The position numbers and the translations under genes were made by a program. From contig JYFJ02002733.1 in NCBI GenBank assembly GCA_000934665.2, positions 1 to 51,970 of the forward strand: DNA of 51,970 nt. The letters run 5' to 3'. The stretch is from Catajapyx aquilonaris (lineage: Eukaryota). A model generated the notes under the pieces. That model worked only from the letters and a program-made list of their open reading frames with translations, made no database searches and was not told the DNA's origin. Below are positions 11,716 to 24,453 of this stretch, piece after piece. The stretch's first letter is position 1; each line of letters starts with the position of its first letter.

Positions 11716-12359
11716 GGATGGAGGAGTTTTAATATTTAAAAACCTGCTGGAGCCATCTCTTTTTGTCACTTTGGGAAGGAAGTTGGAGGGGGGGAAATGG
11801 GAATGGGAAGGATTCAAGAAGGTTTTTTGGATACCAGATGTTATTTATTTGAGATGGTGACTGGTTGGATGTTCTTTTGTTTTGTTTTTTGAATTTGGGT
11901 GGGTTGGGGTAGGATGGTCAAGGGAAAAACACAAGTTGTGATGATTTTTTCCTTTTTTTGTCACCCCTTTGGCAAGTCCACCTTTGTGTGGGTGGAGCCA
12001 ATCCCTTTGTATCTTTGCGGAAGCATTGTTTACATAAATACATTACTCTCTGTGAGCTGAATAATTGAATTATTTTTTCTCCTGTAGTATGTACCATTGT
12101 ATTGCCATACATACCCTAATATTTTTTTCATTATATTGGAAGACTTATAAGATAACCAATATATGTTGGGGAAGAGCCTGAAAGTACCTAAGCATACATA
12201 ATGTGAGGGAAATGATTTCATGGCACTAAAGGCCTGGAACCAGTTCACTGGAGAAATGTTTAACTTGTAGATACAGTAACTGGTGGATTAATTATGTTGC
12301 ATTCAGTAGAGTGCACATGGATTACACAAAGGCAGGGGCCATCATGGTTAGGCCATTAA

Positions 12360-13160
12360 CCCCTTCGGCCCCAGATCGGCCCGAACCACACAGTTTTTGG
12401 CTTACGCGTACTCCGAAGATACGGACAAGATATTTTGCAAATAATAACAGCTATACTTACGAGATCTGGGAAAACCCTTTGAATGTGTCTGGAACCATTT
12501 TACTCGTTTCGAAGTCCCTAAATAAATTTCCAAAAAAGGGCTATAATAACTCGAAATTGGACTAAACTGCCGCCCAACTTTTAGGCTGATTTAATTATGA
12601 AATGCGTGAAAATATGCGGAATAACAACCTTGAGAACCATGCCAGACAAATTTGCTGAAATCGTCGTACTTTGCGAGAAATAAATTAATATTTATTTGCG
12701 GCTTTTTAGCACTTAGGAAAACTCCTAAATGAGTATGAGATGAATTTTCTGAAATCGTCGTACTTCATGAGAAACAAATAAATTTGGTAGTTTTCCGAAG
12801 TTTTCCGAAGTGGCCAGAAAGCCGCAAATAAGTATTAATTTATTTCTCGCAAAGCACGACGATTTCAGCAAATTCCTCTGGTATGGTTCTCAAGGTTGTT
12901 ATTCCGCACATTTTCACGCATTTCATAATTAAATCAGCCTAAAAGTTGGGCGGCAGTAGTCCCATTTCGAGTTATTATAGCCCTTTTTGGGAATTAATTT
13001 AGGGACTTCTAGACGAGTAAAATGGTTCCAGACACATTCATAGGGTTTTCCCAGATCTCGTAAGTATAGCTGTTATTATTTGCAAAATATCTTGTCTGTA
13101 TCTTCGGAGTACGCGTAAGCCAAAAACTGTGTGGTTCGGGCCGATCTGGGGCCGAAGGGG
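12360..13160. mobile_element. Non-autonomous piggyBac-type foldback MITE
   Basis: TTAA TSD at 12356-12359 and 13161-13164; termini CCCCTTCGGCC.../...GGCCGAAGGGG; ~350-bp near-perfect inverted arms with a short spacer. Confidence 0.92.
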
Positions 13161-13479
13161 TTAATTCGAAAGAGACCGCACAGACTTGCCCTCAGTTGGT
13201 TGTGGACTAAACAGTAATTCCTGTCACAAAACAGCAGGGAAAGAGCAGTACAAAAAGTGGGTAGGGGTGGCAGGGGTGATAGGTGGTTCATGTATACTGC
13301 ACATTACATCATCATGAGCCTTCTCCAACATGCACTGACAGTCTGGCACTTAAACAAATTTTAAAATGTTGCTGGGTACTGGTTTAATCGATTACAAGAC
13401 CTAGAAAAAGGTTCACCGGAGAATTTGTATTTGTTATTGCCAACATCGTTGATATTGATAGAGTTTATTATTGGCATCA

Positions 13480-13665
13480 ACCGAAGCAGTTTGGTGTAGT
13501 GGTTATAGGGTCCGACTGCTAATCGGGAGGTCCTGGGTTCGAGCCCCGGGGCCGGCTACTCTAACCGTGGTTTTCTGTGGTTTCCCACGGTCCCTCCAGG
13601 AGAATTCTGGGGTTGCTTCCTAATTAAAAAGGCCACAGCCGCCTCCTTCCTTCCCTATCCTTTCC
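13480..13665 (+). mobile_element. tRNA-derived SINE (family B, 3'-truncated)
   Basis: Box A tggtgtagtggt and box B ggttcgagccc; body ggttttctgtggtttccc shared with the full copy at 41030. Confidence 0.85.
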
Positions 13666-14139
13666 CAAAAAGCAAAAAGTAAACATGTACGCAAGAGTTC
13701 CAGACAAAACAAAAATCCCCCCTAAAGAGCCGGAAAAGGCTGATAACGGGGTAAGATATTATTATTGGCATGAATGCATTATTTAATAGGACTATTTGTT
13801 TATGGTCTGGTGAAGCTCTGTGATTCTTCAATGCAAGTGCATGATAGTAGGGGGCATAGCATAGCATTCATTCATTTTAATTTTGGTTTGCATTACCCTG
13901 TGACATGGCCAGAGGCCCTATAGGAGGGTCGAACACCACTGTATTTTCTATTCAATTTTCGTATTTTCTTCAAACCTTATGCAAGGCAGAAAGGACATGA
14001 GGTAGGCATGGAGATTTTTGGAGAGGAGACAAAGGTGCAGGTGCAATGTCTGAAAATGGGTCACGTACAGTCTCCCTGGAGGTTAGGTTACCACACGCCT
14101 CCAAGACGCGGGTCAGAGACCCTCCTGACGCAGGCTTAA

Positions 14140-14222
14140 GGGAACTCCCAGATGGGGATCAAACCTGGGACCTTTCACTCAGCAAGCCGAGTCGTTACCA
14201 ACTCGGCCATCAAGCCTCCCCG
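14140..14222 (-). mobile_element. tRNA-derived SINE head (body probably extends toward ~13870)
   Basis: Minus strand ggggaggcttga-tggccgagttggt (box A)...ggtttgatccc (box B); similar to the SINE head at 30767. Confidence 0.65.
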
Positions 14223-15041
14223 CGTCGCATTAATTTATTTAGGATTTCAGGTGTAAGCTCTGATGACTGATACACACTGACTAGAAAGTGCAAGACAAGT
14301 GTAAGCAATGTCAGGTGGCCTTACACCAACTTGCACAGTGATGTCATTACACTTTGATGTCACTTGTAACACTACCCCTTACTCTCCACTGGCCGTGATA
14401 AAGAATAAACCTAATGAGCGTAAATCTTTGGTGGTCAGTGTATCCTGAATGGCACTGTCTAGCCTCAAAGGCCTATTTGCAAAGAAGCGACCTTGCATCA
14501 AATGAAAGTGACACTGACACTAAAGCAAATTGACATCAGCATGGAATCATGTTCATTTACAAAGCAGTATCAGGGCTTCTGGTCATCAAGTGATAAGCAA
14601 CTATACTGAAAACCATAGCCATAAAAACCAGCCAAGTAATGCTACGAAGAAAAAAATATGTCAATATTCCTATTTCCCTCCAAGCATCGTAACTCCCAAT
14701 GGATTGCCTGGTGAGGAGCTATGACAGACAATCTAGCGACAAATATAAATATTTGTGATATAAGCAGCAAAATCAACTTCGCAGTGGTCCAACGGTCTGC
14801 CTTTGCAATGTGAGTGCCCGTATCATTCAGCTTGTTATGGCCAGTTGTGCATTAGTGCTTCCTTGTAAACAGACCTTTAGAGCTTCATTCATAGATGAAC
14901 TCTTGTCAGCTTATTGTGGTTTCTGTGGGTTGCGTGCATTTACACATGATGTTTTCTGGTGTGTTGCACTGTTATCCATACAATCAAAGATTTACGCATG
15001 ACAGTCGGTTTATCCTTTTTATCCACAATACTAGCCCCTAA

Positions 15042-15167
15042 GGGTCGGTTTCACCGAGCTCGGTGTAAGATAAAACCAGGTTTCTTTAGGAAAATCCATA
15101 CAAATATGTAGGGATTTTCCGAAAGAACCCTGGTTTTATCATATACTGAGCTCGGTGAAACCGACCC
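15042..15167. mobile_element. PIF/Harbinger (Tourist-like) MITE
   Basis: TAA TSD at 15039-15041 and 15168-15170; TIR gggtcggtttcaccgagctc / gagctcggtgaaaccgaccc; the whole element is palindromic. Confidence 0.88.
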
Positions 15168-17261
15168 TAAGTAAGACCGTAGTGTAGCATTTCGACAATG
15201 AATATTTCCAACATATTCTTCTGCTTCTTGTTGCGGTTACGTTTTTTAAAAAAAATTATTTGCCCTAACTCAAGTTCTGCTGTAGGTAGAGCTTCCAAAT
15301 TCTGAACACAGATCCCCACCATAGTGAAGTGCATTCTTACCATTTACAGCTAAATTGAATTTCTCTTCAAAACGCCGCAAAAAATTTAAACCACTAAAAA
15401 TGCGTTCCTATTTTTTTGCTCAATAACTATTCGGAATACGGTTCCTTCTTCGAAGGGCCGAATGTGCAGTATGATTGTGCTGATCCATATGCTCAAAACG
15501 TCACAGTTCTACCCGCTACAGGATTGGAGTTATGATTCCTCCCGGGGCCCCCCATTTTTGCTGTCATTACATCATTTTTGTTCATTATGCCATCACCTAG
15601 CCACGTCAATTTTTGTTTACCAACTGGCCAATATATTGTTCTTAGCGAAATGTTACCCGGCTGCTCTCGGGTAAACGCATTGTATTGTACAGTACTACTA
15701 CTACTACTTCTTATCCAGATAGTAACATCTGCGGCTGGACTCATTCAGTGTGTTTGTCTCCGACGACACACAAGAAAGAGCTTGTCACTTGTCACCAGCA
15801 GGCTTTTTGTTGTTGGCTATAGAGATGGCTACTAGACCCAGAAGCCCACACATGAATGATGACGAAGACACAGACAGAAGCCTGCCTTACATTGATGCGA
15901 CTGAGTCATGCACGGTGAGAACCATATAATTATGGTTACAATGATGGAAAGTTGAAGGGGCATTTGGTTATAGTTTTTAAGGCTCATCTAGGGACTTATG
16001 CAGTGTAGTTAGAGCAATATCATGCCCATGATCATGCCGTAGCTTTTTAACATAAGACAGCCTACAACATCCACCTAATAATATTTGATTATGTACCTGA
16101 AAGTGTCACGTACCGTATGGAAATTAATTAGGGAAGTCCAACAATCAATAAGTAATTTGCCCTATTTCAAAACATATACTTGCTCACTTTGAAAATACCT
16201 GTGTTGAAGTGCATTAGCATTCCAGAAACGTAATAAGTGTAACGATGTCTCCACAGATATTTTAATATTGTGAAATGCACTGCTGAATCAGATCTTGGGA
16301 CCGGAGGATGTCCAGTGGGGCCAGTTTCGCTGAACATAATTATATGCCTGAGTTGGGTGCGGCGAATGAGTCGCAATACGTCACCTAGGTCAGTAGGCCG
16401 AATAATTACATTGGGAATCAATAGCCTACATATTCAGTCAGATTTCTTATCAGGGCAGTTACCCTACACACATGACCCACTGCCAGAAGAAATATTTCGA
16501 ACCTGTCGTGTACGAGTGGAGAAATTGCTGGGAACATTTTTATTTCACGATGATGTTGACAATAGCAATTTGACAAATCAAATGACGCATAATGAAAATA
16601 CTTATACTGGCAGTCTGGCACGCTGTCTTTTCATTTTTTTTAAAAAAAACGATAACATGTTGCTTTCGGTTTCCAGAAGGCAGATCCAGACGCCATCAAA
16701 GCTCATTGCCAGTTGATTACAGCTGTGAAGAAGAACAACCTTGACGACCTTCAAGCCTTACTAAAATCCGGCGCCAGGATGGTCCTGACCGAACATTCCG
16801 ACCTGTGTCTCTTGTCACCTCTGGACATTGCTTGCACAAACAACAATCTCGCTGCCATTCGGATACTTTTAGATTTTCATAGCCCACGTCAAATGCCCTT
16901 ATTGTTCCAGAAGAAGGCTTTGGAGCGTGCGATTAAAATGTCTAATTATCAATGCCTCCAGTTGTTGCTGAAATCAGGATTTGACGCCAACGCCACCGAT
17001 GACTACAAGATTACAGCATTGCACAATTCCATACTGTCAGAAAAGGTCAGTACAAACATTTACAAGTTATTAATGCAACAGGTACAAAAAAAAAATCACC
17101 ATCCCATTTAATAAGATGCAATCTTGGGTCACAAACATATCATGCTGCATGCGAGGCTGCATGTCAGTTCACAATACCGTATACAGTGTTATAAATGAAC
17201 TCGATTTGCTCGAATTTGCTCGAAAACGGCTGGGAAATTTGCAATTATGAGAATTTTAAAT

Positions 17262-17333
17262 GGGGCTCAGTGCCAGAGGTGCCTAAGCATTAAAGCACAA
17301 TATGGTGCTTAGGCACCTCAGGCACTGAGCCCC
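17262..17333. repeat. Hairpin/MITE remnant in TRPA intron 2
   Basis: ggggctcagtgcc-a-gaggtgcctaagca ... tgcttaggcacctc-a-ggcactgagcccc, a ~28-bp inverted repeat. Confidence 0.7.
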
Positions 17334-17986
17334 TCTTTTGTATCCACTAATTCGTGATGGGCAAGGAATCCGACGGTAGTACTCCCAGGTCCCAGCCCTC
17401 AACGACCTCGGGAAGTGGGAGATCTTTTCCATCCTCCTATATCCTCCTATTTCATATATCCTCATCTAAGGAGTTTATATATACTTAACTTGATTGACTT
17501 GATGTATTAAAGTACTGTACCTTCAGCATTGGATGGTATTTACTGTTTTGATTCTTTTCAGGTGGATGCCGTCAAAATTCTCCTGGCTGCAGGTGCAGAC
17601 ATACACCAAAAGACTGTGTTTGGTGAGGATGCCATCTTCTTCACTGCCGTTAACGATGACACCACGTGTCTCGACCTCCTCCTGGACAGGAAAGCAGACA
17701 TCCATTCTACAAACAAGGACGGCGACACTGTCCTGCACACGGCGGCCACGTATGGTTCTATCAAACAGACCATCCATATGCTGGAGAAGGGCTGTGACCT
17801 GTGGCGACCCAACCCACGAGGGGTCAAGCCCATCGATCAAATCAGGCGGAGGACCTTGGAGGCATATCTGGACACTTTCGTTACTCTACCGCCTGCCGCC
17901 AGCGAGAACCAGGAGCCAATGGCAAGGGTCAATTTTAAGATCCTAGACCCATCTCCACAAGGTAAAGCAGAGTTTATACGTCTGAA

Positions 17987-18024
17987 ATACTTCATGCGGT
18001 CCGACATACTTCATGCGGTCCGAC
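17987..18024 (+). repeat. 19-bp perfect tandem duplication inside the TRPA coding exon
   Basis: atacttcatgcggtccgac at 17987-18005 and again at 18006-18024. Confidence 0.97.
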
Positions 18025-20670
18025 AGGCAGCGAATCCTTCTGAAACATCCGGTCCTTGCTTCATTTGTCTACCTGAAGTGGAAGCGCTGCTTCCCCTTTT
18101 TCTTATGCAATTTCCTGATCTACTTCACCTTTGTGGTGTTATCATCTTTTTATGCCCTTTCCTTCATGCCGCCGGCCAATGCCTCCGCCCCCGTAAACAC
18201 GAGATCCCGGCTGGAATCACCCGAGACCAACCAGGTGCTGCATCATGTGGTAATGGCATTTCTTGTCGTGCTCATCTGCAGGGAGTTGTATCAGTTGTCC
18301 ACTGCCCGTCTCTATTACTTCCTAACAGTAGAGAACTACATGGAGATCTCCATTATAGTCACGGCTGGAGTGGTAGTGTTTTTCGAAAGGATTCCGTTGT
18401 ACATCGAACGTGGCTGCGTCATTTTGTGGCCTCTTCTCACCTGGGTGGAACTAGCCTTCCTTATCGGGAGATTCCCGACGTTTACCAAGTACATTGCCAT
18501 GTTCACGACGGTCTCCAAGAATTACCTCACATTCCTCTTCCCTTTTGCCTTCATAATCGCTGGATTTGTACTCAGCTTCTACCTAGCCTTCAACTTTTGC
18601 TTGACTGACACCTGTAGTGATACCCTTCAATACTTTCCCATGGCTGCCATCAAGACAGTGGTAATGATGATGGGAGAACTGGACCTGGAAGACTTTCCTT
18701 TCGGAGAACTCCCTTTCACCCTGATCCTGATTCTCATCTTCGTGTTCCTCATCATGTTGGTGCTGATGAACCTTTTGGACGCACTGTCTGTGAGTGATAC
18801 CCAGAAGATCGCCGACGAAGCGGAACTGTATGGACTCGTCCCTTTGGCCAACCTCATATGTCACGTGGAAGGAGCGTTCTACAAGCCAAAGATGATGCCT
18901 ATTCTTGCCAGATGCTGTAGTTGGTAAGTTGCAATGTACAACGATCACAACGGAATGATTGTGAGATATGCGACTTTAACAGTTTCAAAAATGGCATTAT
19001 CCCCTGTGGAGTCCATAATAATTGAAAATAATAATAGCAATAAAACATTTCTCCACAAGCAAGTACAGTACTTGCCAATATGAATAAAGTGCAAAATTCA
19101 AATTTGAGTAAAATATTCTGAATTTTAGTCTTTACCCCGTGAAAGTAACAGAAATAATTAGCATCCCATCTTGTTTAGGTGCGGCGATCTTCCCGGATGC
19201 TGCCAAGTACTTAGAAGGCATCTCTTCGAGTTCCTTCTGGTTTTACCACGCATACAAAACTGCACAGTAACGGTCAACATAAGGACTGGTGCTGTTCAAG
19301 ATGTCAGTCTCACTCTTCCGGAAGAGGTTGTGTCTGGTATAAAAGACTTGATAGATAGAAAGAAGCTGACTGAAGAAGAATCTGAAATGGCCAAGGACAT
19401 TATATTTATTAAACAGGAGGTTAAAAAACTAGACGCACTGGGAGATGATCTCCGGAATGAGATAAGAGCTGTTAATGACAAAGTGGAAGCTTGCGGTAAG
19501 CAGGTAGAGGAGGTTCTTCAAATCATTAAAGACTACTTTTCCATAGGGAGACGAGTGTAAGCATTGTTTTCATATTTGAGTAATTTTCTTCGACATCTGA
19601 GGTCAATGTTGGATGATGTAGGCCTACTTCATTATTTAACTTACACATGCGTCGCAAAAGGGCTATAGACGTAGACGTGCTAACTTTACCTCAAGTGTAT
19701 TTCGATATACGTATAGTATTATAGTGTCTTCTAAATAATCTGAAGGACGATAAGCTGAGTAGATTTAGTGATTATTAATATTTACAAAGAATCATAGCCT
19801 GTGTAAATTTTTAATCGCCTCTCTCGTGACATGGCTTCCGCAGTAATAATATCGTATACTTTGCCATCTCCCAATGGTGCAATACTTCGCATACCGGCCG
19901 TAACGTTTGCCAGCCAGCAACTGAGCCACATTTATTATTTTGTTTCTTACTTTATCGACCTTGTCTTTAATTCTTTATGAAAAATCGATGTGGTGTATTT
20001 ATTTTTAAAGGTCCAAAGTGTATGACAACTGTTGGCATTGCTAAATTACAATTACAATGGTAATAAAGTCGACGTCATTTGAATCTGATAAAAAATAAAA
20101 ATTATTCTGTTGTATCCTGTATTTAAACCGTCAGTAAAGTGTCGCATAATTATTTAATTTTTCTCCCTTCTCCGCGCCCAAAAAGGTTGAAAGTGTTTGA
20201 TTGGCAAAGGCTAAGTTACACATTATTAATTAATTGTTATTAGCAGAGTTTGACTATTTGCATAATTGCACGTGCAGACTACGGTAATTCGTGTAAGTTA
20301 TTAATAAAACAAAAATTACGCTAACGATAAATTCATTTTCTCTCCCTTGGCTGCTCCTTATAATTTCAGGAACATGAAGTAAGGATTTGAAAAATGCAAA
20401 TTATGAAAAACTATGCACAATAATGCAATCTCTACATTATTAAAGCCTGACATCCAGTTTGGCCATTGCAACATTTCAGAGTAATATAATTTTAATTTAA
20501 AATAAACATTGCTCGACAATAAAATGTGGTAACAATGTCTTGTATTGAATTAGGAGTATTATATAATGCTGAGACGTATACGGACACATGAGGTCAAGTC
20601 TCCATGTTTGCCTGTTGTTTGCTTTATAATATTTAGATCAAAATGTTTCAAAGGTCCATCAGTGTTATAA

Positions 20671-20911
20671 TACAGGGTGATTCTTTCGAAGGGAAACCCA
20701 AGCATTCCTCAATCACTTTTTAACTATGGTATGGTTCCCGATGAAAATTAACATATACTTAGGCCTACCTTGTGTCATGCCAAACAAGGTCTCACTGAAG
20801 AATATACCAAAAGTGATCCCCTCCAGCATCCAAGAATTTTTTTATTTATACTGTATGTTAATTTTCATCGGGAACCATACCATAGTTAAAACGTTATTGA
20901 GGAATGTTTGG
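20671..20911. mobile_element. Tc1/mariner-type MITE (right terminus lost)
   Basis: Begins TA|CAGGGTG; ~60-bp inverted repeats aactatggtatggttcccgatgaaaattaacata (20722-20753) / tatgttaattttcatcgggaaccataccatagtt (20854-20887). Confidence 0.65.
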
Positions 20912-21469
20912 ACGTCTAGTAATACAGGTAAAATCTCGTTACAACGAAACCGGCGGAAACTGGCAAATCTTGTACGGTATTCGTAATAACGGAATTTATA
21001 CCACAATTTGTGATGAAGAGAAACGTAACAATAATTTATTATCGTAGGCTCTGAGCGTGGAGGGGTTGGGGTCACCAGGAATTACTTACATAGTTACATG
21101 TTAAGTTATAGCAGTTATAGTAATCCCTGGGGTCACGTTCGTGGTGTTTGCGGGAGAGGCGATGTTGACTCCCCGCCCTCCGACATGCAAGTGCGGAGTT
21201 CCGCCACTCATTGCGCATGGGCTGAACGGAGGCCAATCGGAAGCTTAGCGGTAACACGGAGCTCCGTGGCGGTAACAATAGGCGTATTCGGCAATTCAGG
21301 AATCTGACTTCCTGGTCTGTTTGGATGTTCGGCAAATCAGGTGCCACGCCCCCTGAAGTAAGTGCGTATGCGCCCTACCTGACTTCCCAAGCTCAGGAAC
21401 TTAGTGTACTCCTGACCTGACTTACTTGCTGAGAAACAATTAACAAACAAATTATTGTTATGGATGCAG

Positions 21470-22159
21470 CAGTGTTGCCAATGCAAAATGCCCCAAAACC
21501 CCGCGAGAGGACCTGAAAATACCCGATTTTACCCGCATTTTCATTTTATCCGCACCATTACCAACGGCGGCGGAACGTATTTCTATTTGGGGGGGGGGNA
21601 CTTAACAAAAATGCCGAAATGCGAATGGTTCAGAAAATGCCCATAAGACGTTGTGGCTGATTCTGGTTTTCTACTCCGCGATGTGGGCTAATAATAACCT
21701 TATTGTTGTTTGGCGAATTGGTGAAAGGAAAGGCAGAAATTATTTTTTGAGCTCCTGAACGGCCCCTGGGCAGAAAGATGTGATGGTTAGGCGTTATAGG
21801 GGGTGATAGATGGAGACCTTTGAGATGGTGTTCCCCCTCTCGATGAGTGTTTCCGATCAGTATAGCGTCTGGGACAGTTCCAAAGACTACGTGTGTTACA
21901 TGATGGTGTGAGTTTTGTATGAAACAAGGCCGCGCGACAGCGCGGCCGTTAGAAAAAATCACGGTTAGAATGAAATCGGAAGTGATTACTGAGGTGATCT
22001 GAGGTGATACACTTGGTGCTGCCACCTGCCTGCCCCCCTCTGCCCCCCCCNGGGGGGGCATTGCCCCCCCTGCCCCCCCCCCCGTTCCGCCGGGCCTGAC
22101 CATTACCCGAAAGCGTCCGAAACACGGAACCGAAATACCCGAACGTTGGCATATCACTG
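21470..22159. mobile_element. hAT-type MITE
   Basis: 8-bp TSD GGATGCAG at 21462-21469 and 22160-22167; termini CAGTGTTGCCAA / TTGGCATATCACTG. Confidence 0.8.
21562..22098. mobile_element. hAT-type MITE nested inside the previous element
   Basis: 8-bp TSD ACCATTAC at 21554-21561 and 22099-22106; imperfect TIRs caacggcggcggaacg / cgttccgccgggcctg. Confidence 0.75.
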
Positions 22160-23033
22160 GGATGCAGCACAGGCGGGTAGGGGGGGTCTCTCAGTTCGGC
22201 CGTTCGGCAATAATCTTCTGAGGGGCAGGGCTAACAACTCAGATATCACGTGACCCATCTCAGAATAATCTGAATTGCCGAATACGCCTAGTGTACTCCT
22301 GACCTGACTTACTTGCTGAGAAACAATTAACAAACAAATTATTGTTATGGATGCAGCAGTGTTGCCATAGAACAGTGCAATTTTGCACTGTTCTAGAGGG
22401 GTTTTTGCGCGTTTCCCCCCCGTTTTTTTTTGTTTTTTCCCGTTTTTTCCCCTCTGGGGGAGCTCTTGGGGGGGGGCGCGCGTGCCCCCGTGCCCGGTGC
22501 CCCCCCCCCCCTNCCCCCCCCCCTAAATCCGCCACTGGGCAGGGCTAACAACTCAGATATCACGTGACGCATCTCAGAAAAATCTGAATTGCCGAATACG
22601 CCTAATATGTCGCGGCTTCATCGGAAGGTAGCGGTAACAACAATGTGGGGGCGGACCAATCAGAGGGCTTGCACACACAACGCAATCATTTTAATATTAT
22701 AGAAGATAATTATATTTTATTATCCATGTATTTGACCCCCAATTTGACCAGTATGCCCGCCACAGTGGCTACCCTGAATAACTAATGATCTTTGACGTTT
22801 ACGCTATGTGCAAATGCAATTAAAAGTACACACCATATAATTGGTCTGTATGCTGACTGTGCGATTTAACAAGATTTAAGTGGAAATTAATTTTCAATAC
22901 GTAGATGCCAACCACTTTTGACATTGGCGACACTGTTCATTTCAAAATGGCGCCGTAATCGAAGTTGCAAAGCAGCACTTGTGCATCGATTTTAGCGCAG
23001 TTTGTGCATATAGCAGGTGATAAGGGAAGAACA

Positions 23034-24453
23034 ATGGAAGGAATGCTGGGAGGGATGATCCTTCCTTTCGGGGACGAGGAGGTGGTTGGGGAGGTGGACG
23101 CGGAGGAAGGCGGGCCCGTCCAGCAGGAGCGGCCACCGACGAGGCGAGGGAGCTGCTCGGATTCGGAGCCGGAGTCCGGGGAGGAGTTCGGGTCGTCCAG
23201 CATGGGGATGGGGAAGGACGAGGACGAGGACGAGCACCACCACGGGGGGCAGGGGCAGCGCGGCAGCACAGGAGGAGGAGGAGGAGGAGGAGAGTTCGGA
23301 CACTCTGCCCTCCTGCTGCAGAAGCATCCGCAGCAGCAGCAGCAGAGCATGAGCCAGCGGACAGGCAACTCAGACTCCTCCGACACGGACTCTGATTCGG
23401 ATGACGAAGAGGAAGCCGAGGCACCAGACCCATACAGACGCAAGTACCACCTGCTTCTGGAGAGATGTGATGTACTGCAGGAAGACAACGAGAGGCTCAT
23501 GCATAGGCTGCAGACAGTGCGCAAGACTCTCAAGGCAGGACGCAGGCACAGAAGGTAGGACTAGAGAGAAGCATGTGCAGTACATGCAGGTGCTACAGTA
23601 TAACCAGTACGTTTTGCTTCTTTGCCAAGTTGCCCATGGCCACACTTAAAAGTTAGAGGGAAGATAGGCGAGTGCATGTGGGATTAACCCTGATTGAAGG
23701 AAAGAATTATGGGTGAAAAATGAGGAGTGAGGAATAGAGCGGTGTCACTGGGGCAACCATTTTTTGATGCATCCAATCAGGTGTTACTTCACGAACTACC
23801 TTCCTACCTCATGCACCTGTTCGCTCTCCTTTGTAGGGGAACTGGGTGCATCTTAGTTGTGCTAATTTAATAAAAGGACTGCAGTATATTATCATCAAAA
23901 TTATGAATGAAGTCTTTCTACATATACAGGCAATTTAAAACAACATACTGTACCAGTGTCCAACATCTGAGTTCTCTGGTTTGCCTGGATAAAATCATTT
24001 TTTATTGCCACCATTGAAGAGAGTGGCCTTTTACTCTTCAAAGTTTATAACTTCATAATAATCTCACATGAACCTTCACTTCTTATCCATTGCAAATGGT
24101 TTTTTAAAGATGTAGCTCAGGAAAGTTTAATTAAAACGTTACTTTTTTTCCCCAGGTTTCTGATGACTCGACTTGACTTGCATGGGGACAACTGGCGGGA
24201 AGCAGCATTGGCAATACCATTAATACCAGAAGAGGAGGATGAACCTCCACAAGTAGCCCACACTGAAGCCCCTCACAAGAGGGGCCATCAACGAAAAGGA
24301 CATGCTCAGCAAACACCTCCTGGTGGACGTGCTCCCAAAAAGAGGACCCGTAGTAAGAAGCCTCGTGGACAGCAAGAGCTCTCACAAGCACAGCTCCAAG
24401 CTGAGTTGCAGTTGCAGGCACAACTTCAGTTGCTGGCTGCTGGACCGCCATAG
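23034..24453 (+). CDS. TFPT: TCF3 fusion partner (INO80 complex subunit)-like; join(23034..23554,24156..24453)
   Basis: Acidic low-complexity N-terminus, then YRRKYHLLLERCDVLQEDNERLMHRLQTVRK...RRFLMTRLDLHGDNWR, matching the TFPT coiled-coil motif. Phase-2 GT-AG intron. YY1-like caaaatggcg upstream at 22943. Confidence 0.82.

Larger units (their letters stand above)
15825..19560 (+). pseudogene. TRPA-family ankyrin-repeat cation channel (pyrexia/water witch-like), frameshifted in exon 3; exons 15825..15914, 16677..17045, 17562..18923, 19179..19560
   Basis: Ankyrin repeats (SPLDIAC, ITALHNS, GDTVLHTAA), LLKHPV..FVYLKW pre-S1 motif, six TM segments, pore MMMGELD, S6 LVLMNLLDAL, C-terminal coiled coil. 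Splice phases are consistent. A 19-bp tandem duplication at 17987-18024 breaks the frame. Confidence 0.85.
21280..22602. mobile_element. Harbinger-like TIR element with a duplicated right half
   Basis: Left TIR aggcgtattcggcaattcag (21280). The right TIR ctgaattgccgaatacgcct occurs twice (ending 22289 and 22602). Segment 21403-21480 is repeated at 22290-22367. Confidence 0.7.
21225..22706 (-). mobile_element. Non-autonomous Helitron 5' portion hosting nested insertions
   Basis: ccaatcgga...gcggtaacaa repeats and the terminus cattttaatattatagaagat match the Helitron at 37505-38370. It is split by the element at 21280-22602. Confidence 0.6.

Noticed and set aside
17962..18026. Small intron that might rescue the TRPA frameshift
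   Set aside because: The donor is phase 1 and the acceptor needs phase 2; splicing gives GGC AGC GAA TCC TTC TGA.
18006..18608. C-terminal half of the 359-aa ORF 17529..18608 as a real domain
   Set aside because: It is the shifted frame created by the 19-bp duplication, overlapping the true TM-domain frame.
21400..22610. CRISPR-like or other regularly spaced repeat array
   Set aside because: Only two-copy duplications explained by TE termini; eukaryotic context with no regular repeat-spacer period.
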